A stretch of DNA of 64,000 nucleotides from Mobula birostris (lineage: Eukaryota), in NCBI RefSeq assembly GCF_030028105.1, contig NC_092390.1:9610001-9674000 (forward strand), written 5' to 3'. The stretch's first letter is position 1, and each line of letters opens with the position of its first letter. This document shows, piece by piece, positions 1 to 11,114 of this stretch. Made by a program: the position numbers and the translations under genes. Under the pieces are notes generated by a model. It made no database searches. It saw nothing but the letters and a program-made list of their open reading frames with translations, and was not told where the DNA came from.

Positions 1-80
1 TTCCACACCCACGCACACACACACACATACACACACAGTAGACACACACACATACACACAAGACACTCACACACACACAC
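1..80. repeat. (CA)n-rich microsatellite
   Basis: Imperfect CA dinucleotide run. Confidence 0.95.
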
Positions 81-753
81 GTACGTGTTTAAGGACGGGT
101 CCTGTGCATTAGCACATTTCTTCATATTTCTGTGTTACCGGCTCTCCATAGTTGTCAGTCTTTCGTTGGTTTTGTCTGTCTGTCCCATTGCTCCTTTGCC
201 CTAGTCTGGACAAGCCAGATACAGGACTATGAAACATTGGGACTTTGTAATGTTCGAGTACACTTCCAGAGTCCTGATGCCTGGATGAAAAGAGCAGCAA
301 GTCTGTAAATGACAATACCTGTGTCTTCTCAGTCTCTTGGCTCCCTCTGCTGACAGGATCACAGAATAGCAGAACCAATAGTTAAACAAGAACTGAACTT
401 TTTTTTCTCTTTCTTTCTTTCTTGTTCTTCTTATACTTATCATTTGTTCCTGTCTTGGGAGTGTGTGAGCTGTGTTGGCCCATGCCCCAGTAGGAATGAT
501 GGTCTTATACTAAGGTAATCGCAGAACAATCTACAATGACTAATTAATCTCCTCAGCGTATGTCTTGAGACTGTGGGAGGAAACCAGAGCACTCGGAGGA
601 AATAGTCACAGTTGACAGAGAAAATGTAAAAATTCCTTAGAAACTCCCGTCCTCCCACCTTCTTACTCTGACTTCTCTTCTTCCTTTCAAGTCCTGATGA
701 GGTGTCTCGGCCCAAATCATTTACTCTTTTCCATAGATGCTGCCTGGCCTGCT
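80..753 (+). repeat. Extra head of the segmental repeat unit, truncated by a gap
   Basis: Nearly identical to 47607-48262 (gggtcctgtgc...gatgctgcctggcctgct) and related to 1385-1780 and 27090-27960. Confidence 0.85.
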
Positions 754-930
754 NNNNNNNNNNNNNNNNNNNNNNNNNNNNNNNNNNNNNNNNNNNNNNN
801 NNNNNNNNNNNNNNNNNNNNNNNNNNNNNNNNNNNNNNNNNNNNNNNNNNNNNNNNNNNNNNNNNNNNNNNNNNNNNNNNNNNNNNNNNNNNNNNNNNNN
901 NNNNNNNNNNNNNNNNNNNNNNNNNNNNNN
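754..930. other. Assembly gap
   Basis: Run of N. Confidence 1.
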
Positions 931-1275
931 CATAAACACAAGACATACACATACACACACATCCACACCCACACCCACACATACACACAAGACACACTCC
1001 CCCCACACACATAAGACACCCCCAAAAACATACAAAAGACACACAAACACACGCATGCACACACACACATACAAACAAGACACACACACACACAAACATT
1101 CACACAGATGCACACACACGCATACACACAAGACACACTCCCCCCACACACATAAGACACCCCCAAAAACATACAAAAGACACACAAACACACGCATGCA
1201 CACACACACATACAAACAAGACACACACACAAACATTCACACAGATGCACACACACACATACACACAAGACATAA

Positions 1276-1331
<56 letters not shown>

Positions 1332-1385
1332 ACATACACACAACACACGCACCAACAGAAGCATGCGCACCTGCACACACACACA
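931..1385. repeat. CA-rich microsatellite with a ~141-bp internal tandem duplication
   Basis: atacacacaagacacactcccccc occurs at 981 and 1122; near-pure (CA)n at about 1280-1325. Confidence 0.9.
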
Positions 1386-2269
1386 CGTGTTTAAGGAGGG
1401 GTATCCTGTGCATGTGCACATTTCTTCATATTTCTGTATTACCGGCTCTCCATAATTGTCAGTCCTTCGTTGTTCTTGTCTGTCTGTCCCATTGCTCCTT
1501 TGTCCTAGACTGGACAAGCTAGATACAGGACTATGAAAGACTGGGACTTTGCAATGTTCGAGTACAGTCCCAGACTCCTGATGCCTGGATGACAAGAGCA
1601 GCAAGTCTGTAAATGACAATATCCATGGATTTAGTGACTTTTATCAGGAAGATGAGCAGATAAAAATTTCTTCTCAGTCTCTCAGCTCCGTCTGCTGACA
1701 GGATCACAAAATAGCAGAGCCAATGGTTAAACAGGAACTAAACTTTTTTTTCTCTTTCTTTCTTTCTTCTTCTTTTATTTATCATTGGTCTCTGCCCTTG
1801 GAATGTGGAATCTTGGTACACGTGACAATAATACACCAATATCATTTGGGAAAGGAATTATCGACTTTTTCGGTATGAACATTGTGCGGGACATCGACAA
1901 TCCCTCTCCTCCCACAGATGTTGTTCGACCCACTGACTTCCTCAGGAACATTGCTTGTTCCTGCAGATTCCAGTGTCTGTAGACTGTTGTGCCTTCACTT
2001 GATCCCCTGGCGACTGGAGCTCTACGACCACTATTCGGACAGACCATAGGATTCTCATGAACCCTGCGTGCCTGTGCAGTGAGCCGTAAAGCTTTGGGCT
2101 CTGAGGTTTCTAGAGCGCCTGTGTTTGTTAATTGTTGTCGTACTAGAGTCGCTAAGCCCATGCACTTTCTGTATAATCTCGTCATGGTTACTTTGACTGG
2201 CACGGGGTTGCCTCATCCTGTGACTAGTTAAAGCAGACTCCTGATCAGCCCTTATTGTGGCTGTAATTG

Positions 2270-4600
2270 AGCATTTAGAATGTTAAAGAGGACAAACAAT
2301 CCCCTGGGAAGCATCAGATAAGTTACGTTATGTTATCTAATTTGAGTGAGAATGGGAAGGAAGTTACTTAACCATGTATGGGGAAAAAAGGAAAACTTCC
2401 TAAGGAATGGAAAGAAGGAATTATAGTTCCAAGACATAAAACAGGCAAAAATCCTAACAGTCCAGCAAGTTATAGGGTAATAGCATTAAACTCACATTCA
2501 TGTAAAATCATGGTAAAATGTTTAATATGATATTGATGTATTACATCGAAACAAGATGCGGTATTTTTAAATATAAAAGGAAGAGGACCCATCACCCGAT
2601 TTTATATCTAGAGCATGAGGTGAGGAGAGCACAACTCAACAGAGAAAGCACAGGAGCAGTCTTGTCCGATGTGGAAAAAGTATGTGATATGATACGGAAG
2701 GAATGTTTGACTATCAAATTATATACATTAGGAATTAGAGGTCGAATGCCAAATTGGATAAAAGATATTCAAATTGGTAGATCTATCATGGTGCCAGAAG
2801 GGAAATCTGTGTCATGTAAACAAACTGTGGAAAATTGAACCCCTCTGGAAATTTATTATTTCGAAAGAATAGACATATGTAACACTCGCTTCGCCTAGCC
2901 GCTTAATATAGGGGGTGATAACCCCCTTCCCAACAAATCTCGGTTGGCTGGATGCTGCGCGATGTGTCCCCTGTTACAAATCAGTACCCGGAAATAACAA
3001 ACAGTACACAATATGTGATTAAATGTTTAAGCTTTATAACTCTTTTATATTTTGTTTCTTTACTAACTATATGGTGAGTAAAGAAACAAAATATAAAAGA
3101 AAAAGGGCCCAAATCATAAGATTTAATAATAAACAGCCTGTGCACAAAGTTGGCACTCAGTCAGTAGTCCTTCTTCCACCATCAGTCTCCTCCGAGTGTC
3201 GCCGACCTTCGGACCCCCGCTCCGAGTCCACCCCGTTCGGCGGTCTACCAAATCTCTCCATTCATGTCTTCTCTCTTCATCTCTCTCTCTCTGGCAAAAG
3301 CCACGAAATCAACTGCTTCCAGAATCACAAGACAGGGCAACAAAATCCTGATTGGCTAACATGCATCCAGAGTCCTGTTATCTCCAGCCATAACCCAAAC
3401 ATTGCTGCTACAGAGAAACCGTTACTTCAGCAGCGAACGTTACAGAGAAGCCATTACATTAGCCTTAGCAGTGAATAATTACAAAGAAGCCATTAGACAT
3501 GTATTTTCTAATATAGTAGTATCAGAGTAGCATTACCTACGGATGATGGATTGATGTGGAAAATGTGTGGGAATGTGGAGAGATAATGGATTGATATGGA
3601 AAGGGTGTGGGTATGTGAATTTATAACATGGAAACTTCAAGAGGTGATAAAAGACTCACATAGTCAACACATATTAAGGAAATAATAACTAAAAATAAGA
3701 ACGTTTTGAATGTTCTGAGGTTTTTAATAGGAAAGGAATGGGGAGCTGATGCTAAATCCTTGAAAGCAACATATATAGGAGTAATAAGATTAATACTGGA
3801 CTACAGAAGTGTGGTATATGGATCAGCATCACACTGTGTGCTCAATAAACTGGATATAATTCAAAGTTCAGCATGAAGGTTAATCAGTGGGGCAATGAGG
3901 ACAAGACCAGTGGTAGCAATGAGCTACACCTCTGGATCTGAGCAGAACTAATGGCTCCGTCTGTCTAAGTAGACAATGGATGCGCCCAGGAGCTGCCGGG
4001 AGGTGACGTGACACGTCACCTAACCGCCTTAGGGGCTCCACTCCGGATTTGTGTGGGGTTTACTCCTCAGCCTTCTCTTCTCCCGAAGATATCCACAAGG
4101 CAGTGGGATCTGTAACCCTGGATAGGAGTCCATACCGGGTACTGTCAGCCGGAGCCAGCTGAGCCCGGGACTCGTGTAAGGCAGGGTCGTCACGCCCTGT
4201 AGTTGTGACATATGGAGCAACTACCCACTACCCACTGAGCAGAACACAGCTTGCGTTTACATATTGGGTAAACCCACAAGGGCCTGGAGAAAATCATCCA
4301 ACTAAACAGCTTTTAGATCCATGCTAAAGAAAGGAAATCTGAAGTTCTTGCTCGATCTATTGAAGGAAAAACAGAAAGAAAATTACTTAGTAACAAGACA
4401 ACAAGTGTGACAGTGCGTTTTCCTGGGCTGCCTCCATTGCTGCGTGAAGCGCCAGAGGTGGATCGTAAATTATTCAAACGGAGGCAGAAAAATAGAGAAG
4501 TGTTTTTAAATGAAGATATAGTTGCAACATGTGTAAATAATAATCATTATGGATACTTACAAATGTACACAGTCGCTACAACAATTGCTAACGGCAGATG
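2270..4600 (+). mobile_element. Degenerate I/Nimb-like LINE (RT and RNase H remnants); copies at about 29065-30790 and 50030-52365
   Basis: Remnant translations WKEGIIVPRHKxGKNP..SYRVIAL, LGIRGRMPNWIKD, IRLILDYxSVVYGSAS, YLQMYT; many frameshifts. Confidence 0.65.
2878..3497. mobile_element. Solo LTR inserted in the LINE; copies at 29668-30286 and 50636-51251
   Basis: TGTAA start in copies 1 and 3; TTACA end in copy 2; 4-bp CATA target-site duplication (perfect in copies 2 and 3). Confidence 0.7.
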
Positions 4601-4757
4601 AGGGGTTTCCCGTTCGGTGAGACTTGAGGAACGGCCCGCCGGTGACGGCTACAACCCAGTCTCGACAAGAGGACGTGAACAAAGAGTTAAGGCTTGAAGT
4701 GGGTGCGAGTCTCTGAGGCGAGAGCTGGGCAGAGACTGGTTGCTGTAATAACCCAGT

Positions 4758-5651
4758 TTATCCGGTGGCACCTTCTGCGTTGTCAGCTGGGGAGTTTGCT
4801 TCCCAGATCTCCCGCAATTCCTCCAAGCACTGATCGAATTCTTCCTCTTCTATGGGATCGGACCTGCTGATATTTGGTTTTATGATCTCACAGCAAGTCA
4901 GGGGAGGGACTCCAGGGGGTACCGGGAATCCCGAGCATCCTCCGGGCAGGTGGAAAGCGAACCCGACATGATCCCACGAGCGGTAAAAAGGCGGTAAATC
5001 CAATCCGGTCGAATCGGGTCTCCACATCCAACCCTGGTCTGATTTCGAAATGACCGCCTCGGGATCACTGGGGATGTCGGGGCAGTCATCGAACAGGGAG
5101 GTTCCCGGACAGGAGACCACCACAGCATGCATCACCTCTTGCTTGTATCTGAACGTACCCAACACCCGCACCTCGGGCGGCTGGCCAGCGCACACGGAAC
5201 CCTGGTACATGTCCATCAGACTCGAAATATCGTAGGTGAATTTGAAATTGCCATATCGGGATCCACGCTGGAAAGCGGGAGAGCTGAAACAATGGAGCAA
5301 TATGTCCGTGTTTTGGTATTTGTTTCGCTCTCTCTCTATCTCAAGCTGGTCTATTTCAAAACTCCACCAGGAGAAATATTCTTTAACATTCTCTCCAATC
5401 TGCTTCCACTTTCGGCTGGTGAATCTCCCGCGGGAGAAGATTTCTTTGGCAGCGTTGAAGGTGGTGACATGGGAGAGCTGTGTGGGCTGGAAGGTAGGTC
5501 GGTCTGTCTCATCGATGTCCAGTAAGGTGTAGTCAGGTGTTGCTTTGTAATTTGTATCCCAATTCTCGCAGCGCAGATGAACCCTGGGGTAAAATGATTC
5601 CCCTCCAACCCTGCCTGAACCCGTCTCGTGCCATTCACTTTGGTTAAACAT
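4758..5651 (-). CDS. Uncharacterized ~300-aa protein, copy A (297 aa), putative ART-fold
   Basis: Intact ORF conserved in three copies with only in-frame indels. Motifs LSHVTT..A.EIF..RF, FSWWSF, FSSPAFQxxSRYGNFKF, YKQEVMHAVVV, WxWRPDSTG, WDHVGxAFHLP. Confidence 0.8.
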   Translation of the reverse strand: MFNQSEWHETGSGRVGGESFYPRVHLRCENWDTNYKATPDYTLLDIDETDRPTFQPTQLSHVTTFNAAKEIFSRGRFTSRKWKQIGENVKEYFSWWSFEIDQLEIERERNKYQNTDILLHCFSSPAFQRGSRYGNFKFTYDISSLMDMYQGSVCAGQPPEVRVLGTFRYKQEVMHAVVVSCPGTSLFDDCPDIPSDPEAVISKSDQGWMWRPDSTGLDLPPFYRSWDHVGFAFHLPGGCSGFPVPPGVPPLTCCEIIKPNISRSDPIEEEEFDQCLEELREIWEANSPADNAEGATG

Positions 5652-5702
5652 GGTTCTGTTTGCCCACCTGCCATGTGGTACGACGCTGTTGAGAGAGACT
5701 TC

Positions 5703-5779
5703 TATATACTCGTGTGTGTTCCTCTGGAACTAGACAGGCAGACGCGCAAGAGCGGGACTGAAGGAAATGAAACAGAAAA
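5703..5779 (-). promoter_or_regulatory. Candidate proximal promoter of copy A: TATATA plus ISRE/EICE-like GGAAATGAAACAGAAAA (alternatively a splice acceptor)
   Basis: TATATA at 5703-5708, about 55 nt above the ATG. GGAANNGAAA and GAAANNGAAA at 5763-5779. The same bases read as a polypyrimidine tract plus CAG on the minus strand. Confidence 0.45.
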
Positions 5780-5999
5780 TATTTTAGACATCACCTGACT
5801 AGATGATTCACGAATGAGTTGACAGGTCGTGGCCTCGTCATCACGTACACGTGAAACCGGATAGGTAACATTCACACAGGTGTAAATGGACCCAGCACAT
5901 CACTACAAAAGTTTGATGGGATGTCTTAGTGGCTCCGGATCAGCTGCGCAGAAAGGCCAGTTTCCAGGCTGTTGAAGTCCATGACCCTATCTACGAAAT

Positions 6000-6640
6000 A
6001 ATTTGACTTTTCACCCTGGAACACCTGGACAGCGAAGGTGCATACATCGGGATGCTTGTTATTGCCCACAGTTCAGCATGCAATACCATCGTCCCCTCAA
6101 ATTTTAAAATTCCACCATGTTAGTAATTCTTTGGGCTTGTGCTGGACCCCGCATGGAAGTGTAATGCAGAAGAAAGCATGGGGGCGCCGCTACTTCCTTG
6201 ACAGCCGGCAGAGATCCAGCGTGACACCTAAAACGTTGTCAGACTTCTATAGATGTCTAGTGGAGAGCATATGACCGGCTGCATCACACCTGGTATGGAA
6301 ACGCCAATGCCCTTGCACAGAAAATCCTACCTATAGTAGTGGATACGGCACAGTCCATCACGGGTAAAGCCCTCCGCACCATTGAGCACATCTACACCAC
6401 GCCTTGTTGCAGGAAAGGCAACATCCATCATCAGGACCCGCTCCACCCAGGATGTGCTCTCTTATCACTGATGCCATCAGGAAGAAGTTACGGGACACTC
6501 AGGACTCACACCACCAGGCTCAGGAACAGTCATTACTCCTCAACCATCAGGCTCTTGAACCAAAGTGGATAACTTTACTCAACTTCACTTGCCGCATTAT
6601 AAATGTTCCCACACCTATCAACTCACTTTCAAGGACTCAC
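6000..6640 (+). mobile_element. Rex1/Babar-type LINE 3' fragment; copies at about 34890-35800 and 53795-54705
   Basis: DPLHPGCALLSLMPSGRSYGTLRTHTTRLRNSHY..IRLLN is the typical C-terminus of this group. Confidence 0.75.
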
Positions 6641-7360
6641 GTTCCAGGGAGGAGGAGGGGTGAGGTAAAGAGCTTGGAAGTTAATTAGTGACTTGTGGCG
6701 GAAGGATGGGATGAGGGCAGACGTGTGAAATGGAAGAGATAAGGTTAAAGGCAACATTGATGGTGGACGAAGGAAGCCCCTTTCTTTTAATAAGGAGGAC
6801 ATATATTTAGTTCTGGAATGAAAAGCCTCATCCTGGGAGCAGATGTGGTGGACACAGAGGAATTGAATAAAGGAGATAGCATATTACAAGTAACAGGGTT
6901 GGAAGAGGTATAGTCCAGGCAGCAATGAGAGTCAGTTGGTTTATAATAGACATTAGTAGATAAGCTGTTTCCAGAGATGGAGACAGAGAGATCGAGAAAG
7001 GCAAAGGAGGTGTCAGAAATGGACCAGGTAAACTTTAGGGCAGGTGGAAGTTGGAGGCAAAGTTGATGAAATCGACGAGCTCTGAATGGGTGTAGAACTG
7101 CCCCTGTGCAGTTGTGGATGTTGTGTCAGAAAATTTGGGGAGTGATACCAGTGTAGGCTTGGAACGTAGACTGTTGAATGTTGCCAACGGACAGGCAGGC
7201 ATAGCTGGGACCCATGAGAGTGCCCATGGTTACATCTTTTGTTTGTAGGAAGAGGGAGGAGCCAAAGGAGAAATTATTAAGAGTGAGGACAAGTTCCGCC
7301 AGATAGAGGAGACTGGTGGTGGAGGGGAACTGGTTGGGGCTGGTGTCCAGAAAGAAATGG
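6640..7360 (-). mobile_element. Penelope-like element fragment; longer copy at about 36830-38550, another at about 55770-56715
   Basis: LAELVLTLNNFSF..QTKxVxMGTxMGPSYACL; the unit-2 copy also reads FLDLSVSISGNSLSTDVYYKPTDSH (Penelope RT). Confidence 0.8.
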
Positions 7361-7710
7361 ACCCACATCACCCAGGGCATGCCTTTTTATCATTGTTACC
7401 ATCAGGAGGGAGGTGCTGAAGGCACACACTCAGCAATTGAGGAACAGCATCCTCCCTTCTGCCATACGATTCCAAAATGGAGACTGAACCCATGAACATT
7501 ACTTTTCCATTTTTTAATACATATTATTTCTGTTTTTGCAGTATATTTAATCCATTTGATATAAATGTACATATACTTACTGTAATTGATTTATTTGTTT
7601 ATTTTTTCTTTCTACATTATCATGTATTGCATCATACTGTCATATATTTCACAACATACACCAATGATAATAAACCTGATTCTGATATTTGCACAGGTAC
7701 ATAAATACAA

Positions 7711-8165
7711 TGGTGGATTATATTGGAAAACATTGTAACACTCTGTTTTTTAAGTGTTTACTTGAGTGTGCTTTTATTGTGCATCAAGTGTTTATTCAGG
7801 TGTTTACTATGCCTTTGCTATGCATTAAGTGTCTGTTATTGAGTGTGTAGAGAATTCCTATGGTATTTCACTATGTAACCATTGATTTATTAGCTAGAAT
7901 GAAACCTGTGTACTTCTGACCCCTCGAGAAAGAAAGATGTAACCAAGTAAAGAGATAGAGGACGATTGATTTGTTAGCTAGAGTAAAACTTACAGCGATA
8001 TGCTATTGCAGTTAAGCGAGAAGGGGGGCTATAAAGAATGTGAGACAGGCAGACAGGCATTCAGAGGCTAGCCCACTGACTGTCTCAGCTTTGGTTTGCA
8101 AACTAAAGTTTAAACATTTCTTGGAGAATCTTCAGCGTCTCCTTGTCCTTTGTAAAACTATGACA
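7711..8165 (+). repeat. ERV 5' LTR
   Basis: Direct repeat of 15304-15762; TATAAA near 8030; ends in CA. Confidence 0.9.
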
Positions 8166-8169
8166 AAAC

Positions 8170-8190
8170 TGGCGTAGTCGTGCAGGATCG
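8170..8190 (+). promoter_or_regulatory. Primer-binding site, tRNA-Ser
   Basis: TGGCGTAGTCG(T)GCAGGAT is complementary to the tRNA-Ser 3' end ATCCTGCCGACTACGCCA, with one inserted base. Confidence 0.8.
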
Positions 8191-8905
8191 GGAAGAGACC
8201 CGTGGAAGAAGGAAACGGCAGATTGAGGGCGCTTCCTGGTCCCTGGGGGACCTCCACAGAGCTAACAGAATTCAGGGTGCACCCAAACAAAGGTCAGCAC
8301 TTTTTAGCGACAAGTTGGACTAAGAATTCTGTTGGTTTTTGGGGAGATCTCGGGGACTCAGAAGTGTGAAAAAACTGCCGAAGGGTCTCTCCGATTCAAA
8401 GAATCTGGCAGAATTGAGGGTTAAAAGGAAGCTCGGAGGATTAATCAAGAACACTGCTGTGGGGAGTGAGTATGAATAAGGTAAGAGAAGTTAAGTAAGA
8501 AAAATTCCACGTGGTGTTGGTGAGTCCCTGTGGATACCGCTTCGTATGAGAGGAAGGTCTGAACGGGCAGGGAAAGAAAGGAAAAAAGAGAAAATCCTTG
8601 TGAATACTGCCTTAAGAAGTGTAAGGGTCTGAATAGATGAGGTGCTAAAGAGAAAATCCTCGTGAATACCGCCTTAAGAAGTGTAAGGGTCTGAATAGAC
8701 GAGGTGAAAAAAAGAAAGTTCTGTGGATACCGCCCGAGAAAGGGGTCTGCACGGGCAGAACAGAATAGAAGATAAGGATAGCTTAAGTACATAATTTAGA
8801 CGCCGGTGAGAAGAAATCATAAGGCGAGATAGAGAAATAGGTTACAGAAAATAGTATTACCGAGGTGTGAGACGTCAAGAATACTTTAAAAAGGGGAAGA
8901 ACAAC

Positions 8906-11114
8906 ATGACAGGGAAAGGAACTGCAGTAGAAATATTGAGCAAAATATTCCCGGTGTGTCAAGGTAAGATCGCGGAAATTTCAGAAAAATGGGAAAAAAG
9001 AACGAAAAATCTGGTCACGAAGTGGCCAAAAGAAGGAACGTTTGATGTAAGTTTATGTGAGGAAATGGAGGCGCTGATTAAAAATCACAAACCAAGAGAT
9101 AAATCCAAGAAAAGAGAGAAATAAAGAAATTAGGAGATAGAAGTGTTAAAACTCTTTAGGATGGAGGGAGAAAGATTGAGAAAGAAAGGAAGAATATCAA
9201 TAGCAAGTAAAGAAGACACTGAGAAACAAAAAAAGCAGTCTGGCAAACCTCAGAGGAGAAACGGAAGAAGGAGCCGACTCTATACCCAGACCTGAGAAAT
9301 GTAGAAACCCCTCCCCCTTATTACGAGAAGGAGACTCTTCAACAGTGCCCTATATTATCAGGAGAACTAGAACTGAGGGGAAAGTTTAAAGTCTGGGATA
9401 CCGAAGAGGAAAGAAGAAAATATGAGGAGGAGAGAGAGGCACCGTGGAAGGAGATGCAGGAAGACAAGAAAAAAGTAGAAGGAGAAAGTAAGATAATAAG
9501 AGAACGTATCAAAGAGTTGTGGGAATTGAGACTGAGGAAAGGTCAGGAGGAATTTCTGTTACAGGACCATGATACTGAACATGCTGGAAGAGAAGATGAT
9601 TTATCAGAAGAGCAAGAGTCAAGTAATGAGTATGAGGGTATAAGAGAGTGTAGACAGGGGATAGAAGAGGAGATCCCGGAAGAGGAAAAAGAGAGAGTGG
9701 AAAGGGAGATAAGAGAAATGGAGAAAGAGTATAGGAGATTACAGCGGGAATTGGGTTCCCGACTGGGTTTCCAACAAAACTTTGAGGAATTTGTGAGGAC
9801 CTGAGCAAATGCTAGCCTGAATCAGAGAGAGGGGACTCCAAGGAGAAGTCAAGAGAAAATAGGAAAACAAGGGAGAGAGCAAACCCCGGGGAAATTTGTG
9901 TGGCAGCCAGTAAGAACGAGGTCAGAAGGGGATGAGGACTCGGATGAGGAGGAAAATCAGAATACGGAGAAAGAAGGAAAAAAAGTGATGCCGTTGTTAG
10001 TAAAAGGGTCAGGACAAGTACAGTATGTTCCTTGGGGCTCCCAGGACCTGGAAGGGCTGAAAAACACCCTGCCTAGCTTACATGAAGGAGCAGGGAAGTG
10101 GATTAGAGCCTTTGAAGAAGAAACTACGGGACGGTTATTGGCTATGGGAGAGTTGAAGGCACTGCTGTTAAGGTTGATGGGAACCTCCAAATTCAAAGAG
10201 CTGATGGAACGGCTGGACTACAAAATGCGTTCAGCCCAATGACTGACGGGACCAGCTTTGACCAAGTGAGGCAGAGGGTACGGCAGGCCCTCAGGAAGTT
10301 TTACCCACCCAAAGTGGACCCCAAAGCTTTGAAAGAGGATCCGCTGGGGGACATTGAGAATCCAGCAGCCTATGTAGAGAATCAGTTGAAAAGGTGGAGG
10401 CTGGAGACTGAGCAAGAAGTGGAAGACAACTCGTTTATGACCACGCTGTTTCGAACCGCCGTTTTGGACACAATGCCTCTGCAAGTTCCATCTAAACTGC
10501 AGGAAGTGGTCGGACTGACGTCAATGAACTTGCAAGAATGTAGAGACCACGTAGTCGATGCGGTTGAGAAATGTGGGAAAGACAAACAGAAGCTGATTGA
10601 GCAGCAGGAAGAGGTGCGAAGAAAGCTAATGCAAACGCAGCTTGAAGAACTCAAAAAGGAAAAAGAGAAGGGAAGAAAGATGCTGCCAGTAGCACCCGAT
10701 TTGAGTGCAACCGCTGAAATGAATGAAACACCACTGTATGGAGGAACCGGTCACGCTGTCAGACAGGGGCCAGAAAACCCCATGCCAATAATAAGCGTCT
10801 TTGGAGGAGCATTCCCACGAATGCCCTATCAGGAACAGAGTAAATTTAAACAGCAGCCCAGACAGGACTGGAAATCTCAAGGAGGGGGACAGGGAGGTTA
10901 TGGACAAACAGGGCCAGTGAGGAGACAAGGGGAGAGAGAGATAGAGAGACTGTGCTGGGGGTGTAACCAGCCAGGACACATGAGAAGAGACTGTCCACTC
11001 AGGTCATGGCCCGTCACGTACCAGCTGGGACCGATGAGAAGGGAACCGCAGGTTAGCCAAGGATCAGCCCCCACAGGCTCAGGCGGACCCGTGAACCCCT
11101 ATGCAAGATGCTAG
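8906..11114 (+). pseudogene. gag: ERV gag, disrupted
   Basis: MTGKGTAVEIL..KWPKEGTFD matrix-like start; capsid-like LPSLHEGAGKWIRAFEE; CWGCNQPGHMRRDC CCHC knuckle; several stops and frameshifts. Confidence 0.9.

Noticed and set aside
440-1619. Long Cys/Val- and His/Thr-rich ORFs
   Set aside because: Translations of CA/TG microsatellite and N gap.
1775-2203. 142-aa minus ORF recurring at 28615 and 49738
   Set aside because: Non-ATG starts and lengths of 142, 131 and 74 aa; no recognisable domain; explained by the duplication.
4758-5651. Assigning the ORF to Gig2, PARP or DarT by name
   Set aside because: Only short motif-level resemblance (HVT rather than HGT, no GxGVY); insufficient for a gene symbol.
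5050-5674. Overlapping antisense and alternate-frame ORFs recurring in the copies (e.g. 5127-5525)
   Set aside because: Shadows of the main ORF in recently duplicated DNA; no independent motifs.
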